A stretch of 64,000 nt of DNA from Bacillus subtilis subsp. subtilis str. 168 (GCF_000009045.1 NC_000964.3:62001-126000); one strand, 5' to 3'. Positions 18,802 through 39,214 are shown, counted from the first letter of the stretch. Translations and numbers: made by a program. Notes: generated by a model from the letters alone, not told the origin.

Positions 18802-19695
18802 TTGAAATCAAGAACAATCTGGACCATTATTTTAGGGGCGCTGTTGGTTTGCTGTATTGCTGTTGCATATACGCTGACGAAATCCCAAGCCGGCGCATCG
18901 TCATCCGGTGAGTCTATTGCGACTATCGGAGGCAAGAGTGTGACAAGAGAAGAATGGCTGAAAGAAATGGAAGATCAGTATGGTAAGTCAACGCTTGAAG
19001 ATATGATCAATGTCCGAGTTGTTGAGCAGCTGGCTAAAAAGAACAAACTTAAAATATCCAAAAGCGAAGTTGATCGTGAGTTTTTGCTGATTAAAGCGGT
19101 CAATAATTCCTTTTACGAAGATGAACATACGACGGAGAAAGAGTGGAAAGACCAAATTCGTTATAATATCCTCCTTGAGGATTTGTTAACAAGGGATATC
19201 GATATCTCAAACAAAGAATTGGAATCATTCTATAATAAAAATAAGGAACTATATCAGTTTGATGATTCGTATCGAATTCGGCACATTGTTGTAAAAGATG
19301 AAGAAGAAGCAAGAGAAGTCCTGAAAGAACTGAAAGGCGGATCAAGCTTTGAAGCTGTCGCTGCCGAAAGATCTACAGACAGATATACATCACCATACGG
19401 CGGAGATTTAGGTTTTGTCACAGAGGCATCAGACAACATTCCATCAGCATACATTGAAGAGGCGAAAACACTCAAAGAGGATGAATGGTCTCAGGAACCA
19501 ATAAAGGTCAGCAACGGATATGCCATTATCCAGCTGAAAGAAAAACTAAAGGCAAGAACGTTCTCATTTGATGAAGTAAAGGACCAGATCAGACGGCAAA
19601 TCGCAATGGATCAGCTAGGCGATAAAGCGACAGTTAAGACACTTTGGAAAGAAGCCGATGTATCTTGGTTTTATGGGGAAAAAAGTACTAAGTGA
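18802..19695 (+). CDS. yacD: PrsA/parvulin-like putative foldase YacD, TTG start
   Basis: N-terminal hydrophobic anchor; RHIVV, SFEAVAAERSTD and GGDLGFV PpiC motifs. Confidence 0.88.
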   Translation: MKSRTIWTIILGALLVCCIAVAYTLTKSQAGASSSGESIATIGGKSVTREEWLKEMEDQYGKSTLEDMINVRVVEQLAKKNKLKISKSEVDREFLLIKAVNNSFYEDEHTTEKEWKDQIRYNILLEDLLTRDIDISNKELESFYNKNKELYQFDDSYRIRHIVVKDEEEAREVLKELKGGSSFEAVAAERSTDRYTSPYGGDLGFVTEASDNIPSAYIEEAKTLKEDEWSQEPIKVSNGYAIIQLKEKLKARTFSFDEVKDQIRRQIAMDQLGDKATVKTLWKEADVSWFYGEKSTK

Positions 19696-19758
19696 TTGAC
19701 AAAAAATTTTGAAATTGATAGATTATATACATAATACCAATACAAATAGTCGGAAATT
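19696..19758 (+). promoter_or_regulatory. sigma-A promoter of cysK with downstream CymR-like operator
   Basis: TTGACA-N17-TAGATT with an extended TG; AATACC...GGAAATT imperfect dyad at 19733-19758 overlapping the start region. The CymR assignment rests on my recollection of its consensus. Confidence 0.6.
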
Positions 19759-19770
19759 GAGGTGTCGAGA

Positions 19771-20697
19771 ATGGTACGTGTAGCAAACTCCATTACTGAA
19801 TTAATTGGGAATACGCCAATCGTTAAATTAAATCGCCTTGCAGATGAAAACAGTGCGGATGTATATCTAAAACTTGAATACATGAACCCTGGAAGCAGTG
19901 TAAAAGACCGTATCGGTTTAGCTATGATTGAAGCGGCTGAAAAAGAAGGAAAATTAAAAGCCGGTAATACAATCATTGAACCGACAAGCGGAAATACTGG
20001 AATCGGGCTTGCAATGGTTGCTGCTGCTAAAGGATTAAAAGCCATTTTGGTTATGCCTGATACAATGAGCATGGAGCGCCGCAACCTTCTTCGCGCATAT
20101 GGTGCTGAGCTTGTGCTGACTCCTGGTGCGGAAGGCATGAAAGGTGCTATTAAGAAAGCTGAAGAGCTTGCTGAAAAGCACGGATACTTTGTGCCGCAGC
20201 AGTTTAACAACCCTTCTAACCCCGAAATTCACCGCCAAACAACGGGTAAAGAAATCGTTGAGCAATTCGGTGATGATCAGCTTGACGCATTTGTAGCCGG
20301 AATCGGAACGGGCGGAACGATTACGGGAGCGGGCGAAGTGCTGAAGGAAGCATACCCTTCCATCAAGATTTATGCTGTTGAACCGTCAGATTCCCCAGTG
20401 CTTTCAGGAGGAAAACCAGGCCCCCACAAAATTCAGGGAATCGGAGCAGGATTCGTGCCGGACATCTTAAACACTGAAGTATATGATGAAATCTTCCCTG
20501 TGAAGAATGAAGAAGCATTCGAATATGCCCGCAGAGCTGCACGTGAAGAAGGAATTCTCGGAGGCATCTCATCAGGTGCGGCAATTTATGCTGCTCTTCA
20601 AGTAGCAAAAAAACTCGGAAAAGGCAAAAAAGTATTGGCCATCATTCCAAGTAACGGCGAACGTTATCTAAGCACGCCGCTGTACCAATTCGATTAA
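19771..20697 (+). CDS. cysK: Cysteine synthase A (O-acetylserine thiol-lyase), 308 aa
   Basis: [12 protein letters not shown] lysine, EPTSGNTG and GIGTGGT. Confidence 0.97.
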   Translation: MVRVANSITELIGNTPIVKLNRLADENSADVYLKLEYMNPGSSVKDRIGLAMIEAAEKEGKLKAGNTIIEPTSGNTGIGLAMVAAAKGLKAILVMPDTMSMERRNLLRAYGAELVLTPGAEGMKGAIKKAEELAEKHGYFVPQQFNNPSNPEIHRQTTGKEIVEQFGDDQLDAFVAGIGTGGTITGAGEVLKEAYPSIKIYAVEPSDSPVLSGGKPGPHKIQGIGAGFVPDILNTEVYDEIFPVKNEEAFEYARRAAREEGILGGISSGAAIYAALQVAKKLGKGKKVLAIIPSNGERYLSTPLYQFD

Positions 20698-20705
20698 AAA
20701 AAGCC

Positions 20706-20734
20706 AAAACTCCCGGTTCGCCGGGAGTTTTTTT
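20706..20734 (+). terminator. Intrinsic terminator after cysK
   Basis: AAAACTCCCGG-TTCG-CCGGGAGTTTT followed by a T-run. Confidence 0.9.
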
Positions 20735-20863
20735 ATATTTCGTGCATCAAATATGCCATGTCTGCGACGAATGTTATTCTTGGAAGAGAAATTCACTTTT
20801 TTCACTAACAACATTGCTTTACAATTAAAAACAAGTAAAAAAGAAAATAGAGGAATGATACAA

Positions 20864-22276
20864 ATGGCACAACGCAGACCGGCAGGCAAAAAAATACCTT
20901 TTCAAAAAGACTCATTCTTACAACAATTTGAGAAACTTGCGCAATCCCGGAAACATCATGTACTTCTCGAAAGTGCAAGAGGCGGCAGATATAGTATAGC
21001 CGGTCTTGATCCAATTGCGACTGTGAAAGGAAAAGACGGAATAACTACAATTAAGCATGGTGATGAGATGCTGTTTAAAGAAGGTGATCCATTACGGGCC
21101 TTCCACAGCTGGTTTAAAACACTGGAAACAGAAACGAATCATGAGTTCCCTGACTTTCAAGGCGGGGCAATCGGGTTTCTCAGCTATGATTACGCACGGT
21201 ACATTGAAAATTTTAAAATGCTCTCATTAGATGATTTAGAAACACCAGATATTTATTTTCTTGTTTTTGATGATATAGCAGTTTATGACCATCAAGAAGA
21301 GTCTCTATGGCTGATTACTCATGTTAATGGTTCTGATCAGGAAACAGCGGATGTGAAGCTATCTGAGTTAGAGCAGATGTGGTTGACTGAGCTTCCCGCT
21401 GTCACTTCGCGAGAGATGAAGCCTGAAACAGCTGGTTCTTTCGCGGCGCCATTTACCGAGGATGGGTTCTCACAAGCTGTAGAGAAAATCAAACAATACA
21501 TTGCCAGCGGAGATGTGTTTCAAGTCAATCTATCAATAAGGCAGTCACAGTCACTGTCTGTCCACCCATATCAAATTTACAAAACCTTGAGAGAAGTAAA
21601 TCCTTCTCCTTATATGGCGTATTTAGAAACACCTGATTTCCAAATCATTTGCGGATCGCCTGAACTGCTTGTCAGCAAAAAGGGCAAGCTATTAGAGACG
21701 AGACCGATTGCGGGCACCCGTTCCAGAGGGAAAACAAATGAAGAAGACGAGGCGCTTGCAAACGAATTGATACACAATGAAAAAGAACGCGCGGAACATG
21801 TCATGCTGGTTGATCTTGAGCGAAATGATCTGGGAAGAGTATCACGTTACGGGTCTGTGCGCGTAAATGAATTCATGGCAATTGAAAAATACTCGCATGT
21901 GATGCACATTGTGTCTAATGTCCAAGGTGAACTGCAGGATGGGTATGATGCTGTAGATATTATTCATGCTGTGTTTCCCGGAGGAACCATTACTGGTGCA
22001 CCGAAAGTAAGAACGATGGAAATTATAGAAGAACTTGAGCCGACACGCCGAGGGCTTTATACTGGATCTATAGGATGGTTTGGATATAATCACGATCTGC
22101 AGTTTAATATCGTCATTCGAACCATTTATGCAACCGGAGGGCAGGCATTTATGCAGTCCGGTGCAGGAGTTGTGATTGATTCTGTTCCGAAGCACGAATA
22201 CAAGGAATCATTCAAAAAAGCTTTTGCGATGCAAAGAGCATTAGAGCTGAGCGAAGAAGAGACAAAAATTAGATGA
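20864..22276 (+). CDS. pabB: Aminodeoxychorismate synthase component I, 470 aa
   Basis: Chorismate-binding motifs [18 protein letters not shown] and [11 protein letters not shown]; start of the folate operon. Confidence 0.96.
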   Translation: MAQRRPAGKKIPFQKDSFLQQFEKLAQSRKHHVLLESARGGRYSIAGLDPIATVKGKDGITTIKHGDEMLFKEGDPLRAFHSWFKTLETETNHEFPDFQGGAIGFLSYDYARYIENFKMLSLDDLETPDIYFLVFDDIAVYDHQEESLWLITHVNGSDQETADVKLSELEQMWLTELPAVTSREMKPETAGSFAAPFTEDGFSQAVEKIKQYIASGDVFQVNLSIRQSQSLSVHPYQIYKTLREVNPSPYMAYLETPDFQIICGSPELLVSKKGKLLETRPIAGTRSRGKTNEEDEALANELIHNEKERAEHVMLVDLERNDLGRVSRYGSVRVNEFMAIEKYSHVMHIVSNVQGELQDGYDAVDIIHAVFPGGTITGAPKVRTMEIIEELEPTRRGLYTGSIGWFGYNHDLQFNIVIRTIYATGGQAFMQSGAGVVIDSVPKHEYKESFKKAFAMQRALELSEEETKIR

Positions 22277-22287
22277 GGTGAGCGGAG
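22236..22287 (+). promoter_or_regulatory. TRAP-binding site (nine G/U/A-AG triplets) over the pabA ribosome-binding site
   Basis: GAG at 22236, 22244, 22249, 22259, 22275, 22280 and 22285; AAG at 22254; TAG at 22270; mostly 2-nt spacers, ending just before ATG 22290. Confidence 0.85.
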
Positions 22288-22289
22288 AA

Positions 22290-22874
22290 ATGATTTTAAT
22301 GATTGATAACTACGATTCATTCACGTACAACTTGGTACAGTATTTGGGCGAGCTTGGGGAAGAGCTGGTTGTGAAACGCAATGACAGCATCACAATCGAT
22401 GAAATTGAAGAACTGTCTCCGGACTTTCTGATGATATCTCCCGGACCGTGCAGCCCTGATGAGGCGGGAATCAGCCTCGAAGCAATTAAACATTTCGCAG
22501 GGAAAATTCCTATTTTCGGTGTATGTCTCGGACATCAGTCCATCGCACAAGTGTTCGGTGGTGATGTTGTTAGGGCAGAACGGCTTATGCACGGGAAAAC
22601 CTCGGATATCGAGCATGACGGCAAAACCATTTTTGAAGGGTTGAAAAATCCCCTTGTTGCGACGCGATACCACTCGCTGATCGTAAAACCTGAGACGCTG
22701 CCAAGCTGTTTTACAGTAACAGCACAAACGAAAGAAGGAGAAATCATGGCTATTCGCCACAATGACCTCCCGATAGAGGGTGTGCAATTTCACCCAGAGT
22801 CTATTATGACCTCCTTTGGGAAAGAAATGCTCAGAAATTTTATTGAGACATATCGCAAGGAAGTTATTGCGTGA
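22290..22874 (+). CDS. pabA: Glutamine amidotransferase PabA/TrpG (shared by folate and tryptophan synthesis), 194 aa
   Basis: IDNYDSF, SPGPCSP, GVCLGHQ and QFHPES class I GAT motifs. Confidence 0.97.
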   Translation: MILMIDNYDSFTYNLVQYLGELGEELVVKRNDSITIDEIEELSPDFLMISPGPCSPDEAGISLEAIKHFAGKIPIFGVCLGHQSIAQVFGGDVVRAERLMHGKTSDIEHDGKTIFEGLKNPLVATRYHSLIVKPETLPSCFTVTAQTKEGEIMAIRHNDLPIEGVQFHPESIMTSFGKEMLRNFIETYRKEVIA

Positions 22875-23755
22875 TGATATATGTGAACGGCCGGTATATG
22901 GAGGAGAAAGATGCAGTTCTTTCTCCTTTTGACCATGGGTTTTTATATGGGATCGGTGTTTTCGAAACCTTCAGGCTCTACGAAGGCTGCCCGTTTTTGC
23001 TTGATTGGCATATAGAGAGGCTTGAACGCGCGCTTAAGGATCTGCAAATCGAATATACTGTTTCAAAGCATGAGATCCTTGAGATGCTGGACAAGCTGCT
23101 TAAGCTAAATGATATCAAGGATGGCAATGCCCGCGTCAGACTGAACATATCAGCGGGAATCAGCGATAAAGGCTTTGTCGCCCAGACGTACGATAAGCCC
23201 ACCGTTTTATGCTTTGTGAATCAGCTGAAACCAGAAAGTCTTCCTTTGCAAAAAGAAGGAAAGGTTTTATCGATACGGAGAAACACTCCAGAGGGATCGT
23301 TCCGGTTAAAATCTCATCATTATCTAAATAATATGTATGCGAAACGGGAAATTGGAAATGATCCGCGTGTCGAGGGAATTTTCTTAACGGAGGATGGAGC
23401 TGTTGCAGAGGGTATCATATCTAATGTCTTCTGGAGAAAAGGTCGCTGTATCTATACGCCATCGCTTGATACCGGTATTCTGGACGGCGTCACGAGACGT
23501 TTTATCATAGAAAATGCAAAGGATATCGGCCTGGAGCTCAAAACGGGCCGATATGAGCTAGAAGCTCTCTTGACAGCTGACGAAGCGTGGATGACGAACT
23601 CGGTTCTTGAAATCATCCCGTTTACTAAAATAGAAGAAGTAAACTATGGAAGCCAAAGCGGAGAAGCAACCTCCGCTCTTCAATTGTTATACAAAAAAGA
23701 AATAAAGAACATGATTCATGAAAAGGGAGGAAGAGCATGGCGCAGCACACAATAG
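22874..23755 (+). CDS. pabC: Aminodeoxychorismate lyase
   Basis: DHGFLYGIGVFET, LKSHHY and GILDGVTR class IV PLP motifs. Confidence 0.95.
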   Translation: MIYVNGRYMEEKDAVLSPFDHGFLYGIGVFETFRLYEGCPFLLDWHIERLERALKDLQIEYTVSKHEILEMLDKLLKLNDIKDGNARVRLNISAGISDKGFVAQTYDKPTVLCFVNQLKPESLPLQKEGKVLSIRRNTPEGSFRLKSHHYLNNMYAKREIGNDPRVEGIFLTEDGAVAEGIISNVFWRKGRCIYTPSLDTGILDGVTRRFIIENAKDIGLELKTGRYELEALLTADEAWMTNSVLEIIPFTKIEEVNYGSQSGEATSALQLLYKKEIKNMIHEKGGRAWRSTQ

Positions 23756-24594
23756 ATCAAACACAAGTAATCCACACTAAGCCCAGCGCTTTATCATATA
23801 AAGAGAAGACGCTGGTGATGGGAATTTTAAACGTAACGCCTGACTCTTTCTCGGACGGCGGAAAATATGACAGCTTGGACAAGGCGCTGCTGCACGCGAA
23901 AGAGATGATCGATGATGGTGCCCATATCATTGATATTGGAGGGGAATCGACAAGGCCTGGCGCTGAGTGCGTATCTGAGGATGAGGAGATGTCCAGAGTC
24001 ATTCCGGTGATTGAGCGGATTACGAAAGAGCTTGGTGTTCCTATTTCTGTAGACACGTACAAGGCTTCTGTCGCAGATGAAGCAGTGAAAGCCGGTGCAT
24101 CCATTATCAATGATATTTGGGGAGCCAAACATGATCCGAAGATGGCTTCCGTTGCAGCTGAACATAATGTTCCAATTGTACTCATGCATAACCGCCCTGA
24201 AAGAAACTACAATGACTTATTGCCGGATATGCTGTCGGACTTAATGGAGAGTGTAAAAATTGCTGTTGAGGCCGGAGTAGACGAGAAGAACATTATTCTT
24301 GATCCTGGTATCGGTTTCGCGAAAACCTATCACGATAACTTGGCAGTGATGAACAAACTAGAGATTTTCAGCGGATTGGGATATCCGGTTCTTCTGGCAA
24401 CCTCCCGAAAAAGATTCATCGGACGTGTTCTGGATCTTCCGCCTGAGGAGCGGGCTGAGGGCACAGGCGCGACTGTGTGTCTCGGCATTCAAAAAGGCTG
24501 TGACATTGTCAGGGTCCATGATGTAAAGCAAATTGCCAGAATGGCGAAAATGATGGACGCGATGCTGAATAAGGGAGGGGTGCACCATGGATAA
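23737..24594 (+). CDS. sul: Dihydropteroate synthase (FolP)
   Basis: GILNVTPDSFSDGG, GGESTRPG, SRKRF and RVHDV. Confidence 0.97.
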   Translation: MAQHTIDQTQVIHTKPSALSYKEKTLVMGILNVTPDSFSDGGKYDSLDKALLHAKEMIDDGAHIIDIGGESTRPGAECVSEDEEMSRVIPVIERITKELGVPISVDTYKASVADEAVKAGASIINDIWGAKHDPKMASVAAEHNVPIVLMHNRPERNYNDLLPDMLSDLMESVKIAVEAGVDEKNIILDPGIGFAKTYHDNLAVMNKLEIFSGLGYPVLLATSRKRFIGRVLDLPPEERAEGTGATVCLGIQKGCDIVRVHDVKQIARMAKMMDAMLNKGGVHHG

Positions 24595-24949
24595 AGTTTA
24601 TGTAGAAGGTATGGAGTTTTACGGATATCACGGTGTGTTCACAGAAGAAAACAAACTTGGCCAGCGGTTTAAAGTCGATTTAACCGCTGAGCTGGATTTA
24701 AGCAAAGCTGGACAGACAGACGACCTTGAGCAAACGATCAACTATGCTGAGCTCTATCACGTATGTAAAGATATCGTGGAAGGGGAGCCTGTGAAATTGG
24801 TGGAAACGCTGGCGGAACGTATTGCTGGCACTGTTCTCGGAAAATTTCAGCCTGTTCAGCAATGTACGGTGAAAGTGATTAAGCCAGACCCGCCAATTCC
24901 CGGACACTATAAATCAGTAGCAATTGAAATTACGAGAAAAAAGTCATGA
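24587..24949 (+). CDS. folB: Dihydroneopterin aldolase
   Basis: YGYHGVFTEENKLGQRF, INYA and LVETLAE. Confidence 0.97.
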   Translation: MDKVYVEGMEFYGYHGVFTEENKLGQRFKVDLTAELDLSKAGQTDDLEQTINYAELYHVCKDIVEGEPVKLVETLAERIAGTVLGKFQPVQQCTVKVIKPDPPIPGHYKSVAIEITRKKS

Positions 24950-25449
24950 ACAACATAGCTTATATTGCACTTGGATCTAATATTGGAGATAGAGAAACGT
25001 ATTTAAGGCAAGCAGTGGCTTTACTGCATCAGCATGCTGCGGTGACAGTCACTAAAGTGTCGTCTATTTACGAAACTGACCCGGTCGGATACGAAGATCA
25101 AGCTCAATTTTTGAATATGGCTGTTGAAATCAAGACATCATTGAACCCTTTTGAACTCCTTGAACTGACGCAGCAGATAGAAAATGAATTAGGCAGAACA
25201 AGGGAAGTAAGATGGGGGCCGCGGACGGCAGACCTTGACATTTTGTTATTTAATCGTGAAAATATTGAAACAGAGCAACTAATTGTTCCGCATCCGAGAA
25301 TGTATGAGCGTTTGTTTGTCCTTGCGCCGCTTGCGGAAATTTGCCAGCAGGTTGAAAAAGAGGCTACAAGCGCCGAAACAGACCAAGAAGGTGTAAGAGT
25401 ATGGAAGCAGAAATCTGGGGTAGACGAATTCGTGCATTCAGAAAGCTGA
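24946..25449 (+). CDS. folK: 2-amino-4-hydroxy-6-hydroxymethyldihydropteridine diphosphokinase
   Basis: YIALGSN, RWGPRTADLDIL and VPHPRM. Confidence 0.97.
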   Translation: MNNIAYIALGSNIGDRETYLRQAVALLHQHAAVTVTKVSSIYETDPVGYEDQAQFLNMAVEIKTSLNPFELLELTQQIENELGRTREVRWGPRTADLDILLFNRENIETEQLIVPHPRMYERLFVLAPLAEICQQVEKEATSAETDQEGVRVWKQKSGVDEFVHSES

Positions 25450-25610
25450 AAGGTTATACTCAAGAAGGATTTGCAAAAGCATTAGGTATATCAGTTTCTA
25501 TTCTCGGCGAAATTGAACGCGGAAACCGATTGCCGTCTGCTGCCATCATTCAAGATGCAGCAGATGTTTTAAATATAAGTGCGGACGAATTGGCGCCGCC
25601 AGAAAAATAG
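25401..25610 (+). CDS. yazB: Small XRE-family HTH protein YazB, 69 aa
   Basis: IRAFRKLKGYTQEGFAKALGISVSILGEIERG; RBS AAGGTG 7 nt upstream; overlaps folK by 49 nt. Confidence 0.88.
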   Translation: MEAEIWGRRIRAFRKLKGYTQEGFAKALGISVSILGEIERGNRLPSAAIIQDAADVLNISADELAPPEK

Positions 25611-25633
25611 AACAAATGAAAGGAGGAGAAAAA

Positions 25634-26635
25634 TTGTTCAAAATCGGAGATATTCAATTGAAAAACCGGGTTGTGCTCGCACCTATGGCTGGTGTCTGCA
25701 ACTCTGCGTTCAGATTGACTGTAAAGGAATTCGGAGCCGGATTGGTATGCGCTGAAATGGTCAGTGACAAAGCGATCCTTTACAACAATGCAAGAACAAT
25801 GGGTATGCTTTATATTGATGAACGTGAGAAACCACTGAGCCTTCAAATTTTCGGAGGAAAAAAGGAAACCCTTGTGGAAGCGGCGAAGTTTGTAGACCAA
25901 AACACAACTGCTGATATCATTGATATTAACATGGGATGTCCCGTGCCGAAGATTACAAAATGCGATGCGGGAGCCAAATGGCTTCTCGATCCTGATAAGA
26001 TTTACGAAATGGTTTCTGCAGTAGTGGATGCTGTTAATAAGCCAGTTACAGTGAAAATGAGAATGGGCTGGGATGAAGACCACATTTTCGCAGTGAAAAA
26101 TGCACAGGCTGTAGAACGTGCGGGCGGTAAAGCAGTGGCGCTTCACGGCCGTACGAGAGTGCAGATGTACGAAGGAACGGCAAACTGGGATATCATCAAA
26201 GAAGTAAAACAATCAGTATCGATTCCGGTTATCGGAAACGGCGATGTTAAGACACCGCAGGATGCTAAGCGTATGCTCGATGAGACAGGAGTAGACGGGG
26301 TCATGATCGGACGCGCTGCATTGGGTAACCCGTGGATGATTTACCGTACGGTTCAGTATCTTGAAACAGGTAAATTAAAAGAAGAGCCGCAAGTACGCGA
26401 AAAAATGGCCGTATGCAAACTGCATCTTGACCGCCTGATTGACTTAAAAGGTGAAAACGTAGCGGTAAGAGAAATGAGAAAGCACGCTGCATGGTATCTG
26501 AAAGGCGTGAAAGGCAATGCGAACGTTCGTAATGAAATCAATCATTGCGAGACGAGAGAAGAGTTTGTACAGCTTTTAGATGCATTTACGGTTGAAGTTG
26601 AGGCAAAAGAGCTTCAAAATGCAAAAGTAGGATAA
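25634..26635 (+). CDS. dusB: tRNA-dihydrouridine synthase B, 333 aa, TTG start
   Basis: LAPMAGV, DINMGCP, HGRTR, GNGDV and IGRAALGNPW. Confidence 0.96.
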   Translation: MFKIGDIQLKNRVVLAPMAGVCNSAFRLTVKEFGAGLVCAEMVSDKAILYNNARTMGMLYIDEREKPLSLQIFGGKKETLVEAAKFVDQNTTADIIDINMGCPVPKITKCDAGAKWLLDPDKIYEMVSAVVDAVNKPVTVKMRMGWDEDHIFAVKNAQAVERAGGKAVALHGRTRVQMYEGTANWDIIKEVKQSVSIPVIGNGDVKTPQDAKRMLDETGVDGVMIGRAALGNPWMIYRTVQYLETGKLKEEPQVREKMAVCKLHLDRLIDLKGENVAVREMRKHAAWYLKGVKGNANVRNEINHCETREEFVQLLDAFTVEVEAKELQNAKVG

Positions 26636-26657
26636 TACTCACCTCTATTTGCTGCTC

Positions 26658-26684
26658 ACTGCTAGTTTTACGCTGGCAGTTTTT
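26658..26684 (+). terminator. Terminator-like hairpin between dusB and lysS
   Basis: ACTGCTAG / CTGGCAGT followed by TTTT. Confidence 0.6.
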
Positions 26685-26699
26685 CTGCTTTTTTCATGA

Positions 26700-28226
<1,527 letters not shown>

Positions 28227-28228
28227 TA

Positions 28229-28272
28229 AAAAAGAGCGGTATCCTCCATAGGGAAAGGATGCCGCTCTTTTT
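28229..28272 (+). terminator. Intrinsic terminator after lysS
   Basis: AAAAAGAGCGGTATCCT / AGGATGCCGCTCTTTTT. Confidence 0.9.
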
Positions 28273-28302
28273 AAATCCCTTAGTATTTCTTCAAAAAAAC
28301 TA

Positions 28303-28417
28303 TTGCACTATTATTTACTAGGTGGTATATTATTATTCGTTGCCGCTAAACAAGGCGATAACGAAAAAAAGAACTTCAAAAAAAGTTATTGACTTCACTG
28401 AGTCAACGAGTTATAAT
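28303..28417 (+). promoter_or_regulatory. Tandem rRNA promoters P1 and P2 of the first operon (rrnJ)
   Basis: P1 TTGCAC(28303)-N17-TATATT with TG; P2 TTGACT(28389)-N17-TATAAT; both preceded by A-rich UP elements. Confidence 0.85.
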
Positions 28418-28448
28418 AATAAAGTCGCTTGAACGAAGTGAACAAAAT

Positions 28449-28472
28449 GATCTTTGAAAACTAAACAAGACA
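28449..28472 (+). other. 5' arm of the 16S processing stalk with boxA-like TCTTTGAAAAC; pairs with 30141-30164
   Basis: GATCTTTGAAAACTAAACAAGACA versus TGTCTTGTTTAGTTTTGAAGGATC. Equivalent 23S arms lie at 30180-30202 and 33202-33224. Confidence 0.8.
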
Positions 28473-28535
28473 AAACGTACCTGTTAATTCAGTTTTTAAA
28501 AATCGCACAGCGATGTGCGTAGTCAGTCAAACTAC

Positions 28536-30096
<1,561 letters not shown>

Positions 30097-30253
30097 TTTA
30101 CGGAATATAAGACCTTGGGTCTTATAAACAGAACGTTCCCTGTCTTGTTTAGTTTTGAAGGATCATTCCTTCGAAACGTGTTCTTTGAAAACTAGATAAC
30201 AGTAGACATCACATTCAAGTAATACAAGATATCACATAGTGATTCTTTTTAAC

Positions 30254-33180
<2,927 letters not shown>

Positions 33181-33236
33181 TATTTTTGAATGATGTCACA
33201 TCTGTTATCTAGTTTTGAGAGAACACTCTCAATTTG

Positions 33237-33352
33237 TTTGGTGGCGATAGCGAAGAGGTCACACCCGTTCCCATACCGAACACGGAAGTTAAGCTCTTCA
33301 GCGCCGATGGTAGTCGGGGGTTTCCCCCTGTGAGAGTAGGACGCCGCCAAGC
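33237..33352 (+). rRNA. 5S rRNA (first operon)
   Basis: TTTGGTGGCG...CGCCAAGC, 116 nt, containing CCGAAC. Confidence 0.97.
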
Positions 33353-33374
33353 AATTGCACGTTAGTGCAATTAT

Positions 33375-33450
33375 GGAGGATTAGCTCAGCTGGGAGAGCA
33401 TCTGCCTTACAAGCAGAGGGTCGGCGGTTCGAGCCCGTCATCCTCCACCA
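33375..33450 (+). tRNA. tRNA-Val (TAC)
   Basis: Cloverleaf, anticodon 33408-33410, CCA encoded. Confidence 0.96.
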
Positions 33451-33454
33451 TTAT

Positions 33455-33518
<64 letters not shown>

Positions 33519-33530
<12 letters not shown>

Positions 33531-33547
33531 CTTTTATATGATATAAT
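33519..33547 (+). promoter_or_regulatory. Internal sigma-A promoter within the tRNA cluster
   Basis: TTGCCG (inside tRNA-Thr)-N17-TATAAT with extended TG at 33539-33540. Confidence 0.65.
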
Positions 33548-33566
33548 ACTCAAGTCTCTTGTAGAA

Positions 33567-33642
33567 GAGCCATTAGCTCAGTTGGTAGAGCATCTGACTT
33601 TTAATCAGAGGGTCGAAGGTTCGAGTCCTTCATGGCTCACCA
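33567..33642 (+). tRNA. tRNA-Lys (TTT)
   Basis: Cloverleaf, loop CTTTTAA, CCA encoded. Confidence 0.96.
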
Positions 33643-33648
33643 TTTTAC

Positions 33649-33731
33649 GCGGGTGTGGCGGAATTGGCAGACGCGCTAGACTTAGGATCTAGTGTCTTTA
33701 TGACGTGGGGGTTCAAGTCCCTTCACCCGCA
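33649..33731 (+). tRNA. tRNA-Leu (TAG), CCA not encoded
   Basis: Long variable arm, loop CTTAGGA. Confidence 0.95.
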
Positions 33732-33771
33732 TTATATAGGATAACAGTTAGAAAAACTGGACATCCTGTCT

Positions 33772-33846
33772 GCGGAAGTAGTTCAGTGGTAGAACACCAC
33801 CTTGCCAAGGTGGGGGTCGCGGGTTCGAATCCCGTCTTCCGCTCCA
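33772..33846 (+). tRNA. tRNA-Gly (GCC)
   Basis: Cloverleaf, loop TTGCCAA, ends in TCCA. Confidence 0.96.
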
Positions 33847-33860
33847 ACTATACCATCCAC

Positions 33861-33946
33861 GCCGGGGTGGTGGAATTGGCAGACACACAGGACTTAAAAT
33901 CCTGCGGTAGGTGACTACCGTGCCGGTTCAAGTCCGGCCCTCGGCA
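33861..33946 (+). tRNA. tRNA-Leu (TAA), CCA not encoded
   Basis: Long variable arm, loop CTTAAAA. Confidence 0.95.
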
Positions 33947-33955
33947 TTATGTTTT

Positions 33956-34032
33956 GCGCCCGTAGCTCAATTGGATAGAGCGTTTGACTACGGATCAAAA
34001 GGTTAGGGGTTCGACTCCTCTCGGGCGCGCCA
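33956..34032 (+). tRNA. tRNA-Arg (ACG)
   Basis: Cloverleaf, loop CTACGGA, CCA encoded. Confidence 0.96.
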
Positions 34033-34059
34033 TATCTTTTAATAGAATAGATAGGAAAT

Positions 34060-34136
34060 CGGGAAGTAGCTCAGCTTGGTAGAGCACATGGTTTGGGACC
34101 ATGGGGTCGCAGGTTCGAATCCTGTCTTCCCGACCA
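34060..34136 (+). tRNA. tRNA-Pro (TGG)
   Basis: Cloverleaf, loop TTTGGGA, CCA encoded. Confidence 0.96.
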
Positions 34137-34145
34137 TTTTTTTAT

Positions 34146-34221
34146 GGGGCCTTAGCTCAGCTGGGAGAGCGCCTGCTTTGCACGCAGGAGGTCAGCGGTT
34201 CGATCCCGCTAGGCTCCACCA
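34146..34221 (+). tRNA. tRNA-Ala (TGC)
   Basis: Cloverleaf with G3-U70, loop TTTGCAC, CCA encoded. Confidence 0.96.
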
Positions 34222-34269
34222 AAAGTTTTTAAAAAAGTTGTTGACTTTGAAGAAGTGACGTTGTATACT
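34222..34269 (+). promoter_or_regulatory. Single rRNA promoter of the second operon (rrnW) with UP element
   Basis: A/T tract, then TTGACT(34241)-N17-TATACT. Confidence 0.85.
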
Positions 34270-34391
34270 AATAAAGTTGCTTTAACAAAGCGGACAAACA
34301 AAATGATCTTTGAAAACTAAACAAGACAAAACGTACCTGTTAATTCAGTTTTTAAAAATCGCACAGCGATGTGCGTAGTCAGTCAAACTAC

Positions 34392-35952
<1,561 letters not shown>

Positions 35953-36109
35953 TTTACGGAATATAAGACCTTGGGTCTTATAAACAGAACGTTCCCTGTC
36001 TTGTTTAGTTTTGAAGGATCATTCCTTCGAAACGTGTTCTTTGAAAACTAGATAACAGTAGACATCACATTCAAGTAATACAAGATATCACATAGTGATT
36101 CTTTTTAAC

Positions 36110-39036
<2,927 letters not shown>

Positions 39037-39092
39037 TATTTTTGAATGATGTCACATCTGTTATCTAGTTTTGAGAGAACACTCTCAATTTG

Positions 39093-39208
39093 TTTGGTGG
39101 CGATAGCGAAGAGGTCACACCCGTTCCCATACCGAACACGGAAGTTAAGCTCTTCAGCGCCGATGGTAGTCGGGGGTTTCCCCCTGTGAGAGTAGGACGC
39201 CGCCAAGC
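39093..39208 (+). rRNA. 5S rRNA (second operon)
   Basis: Same text as the first 5S. Confidence 0.97.
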
Positions 39209-39214
39209 AAGCTT

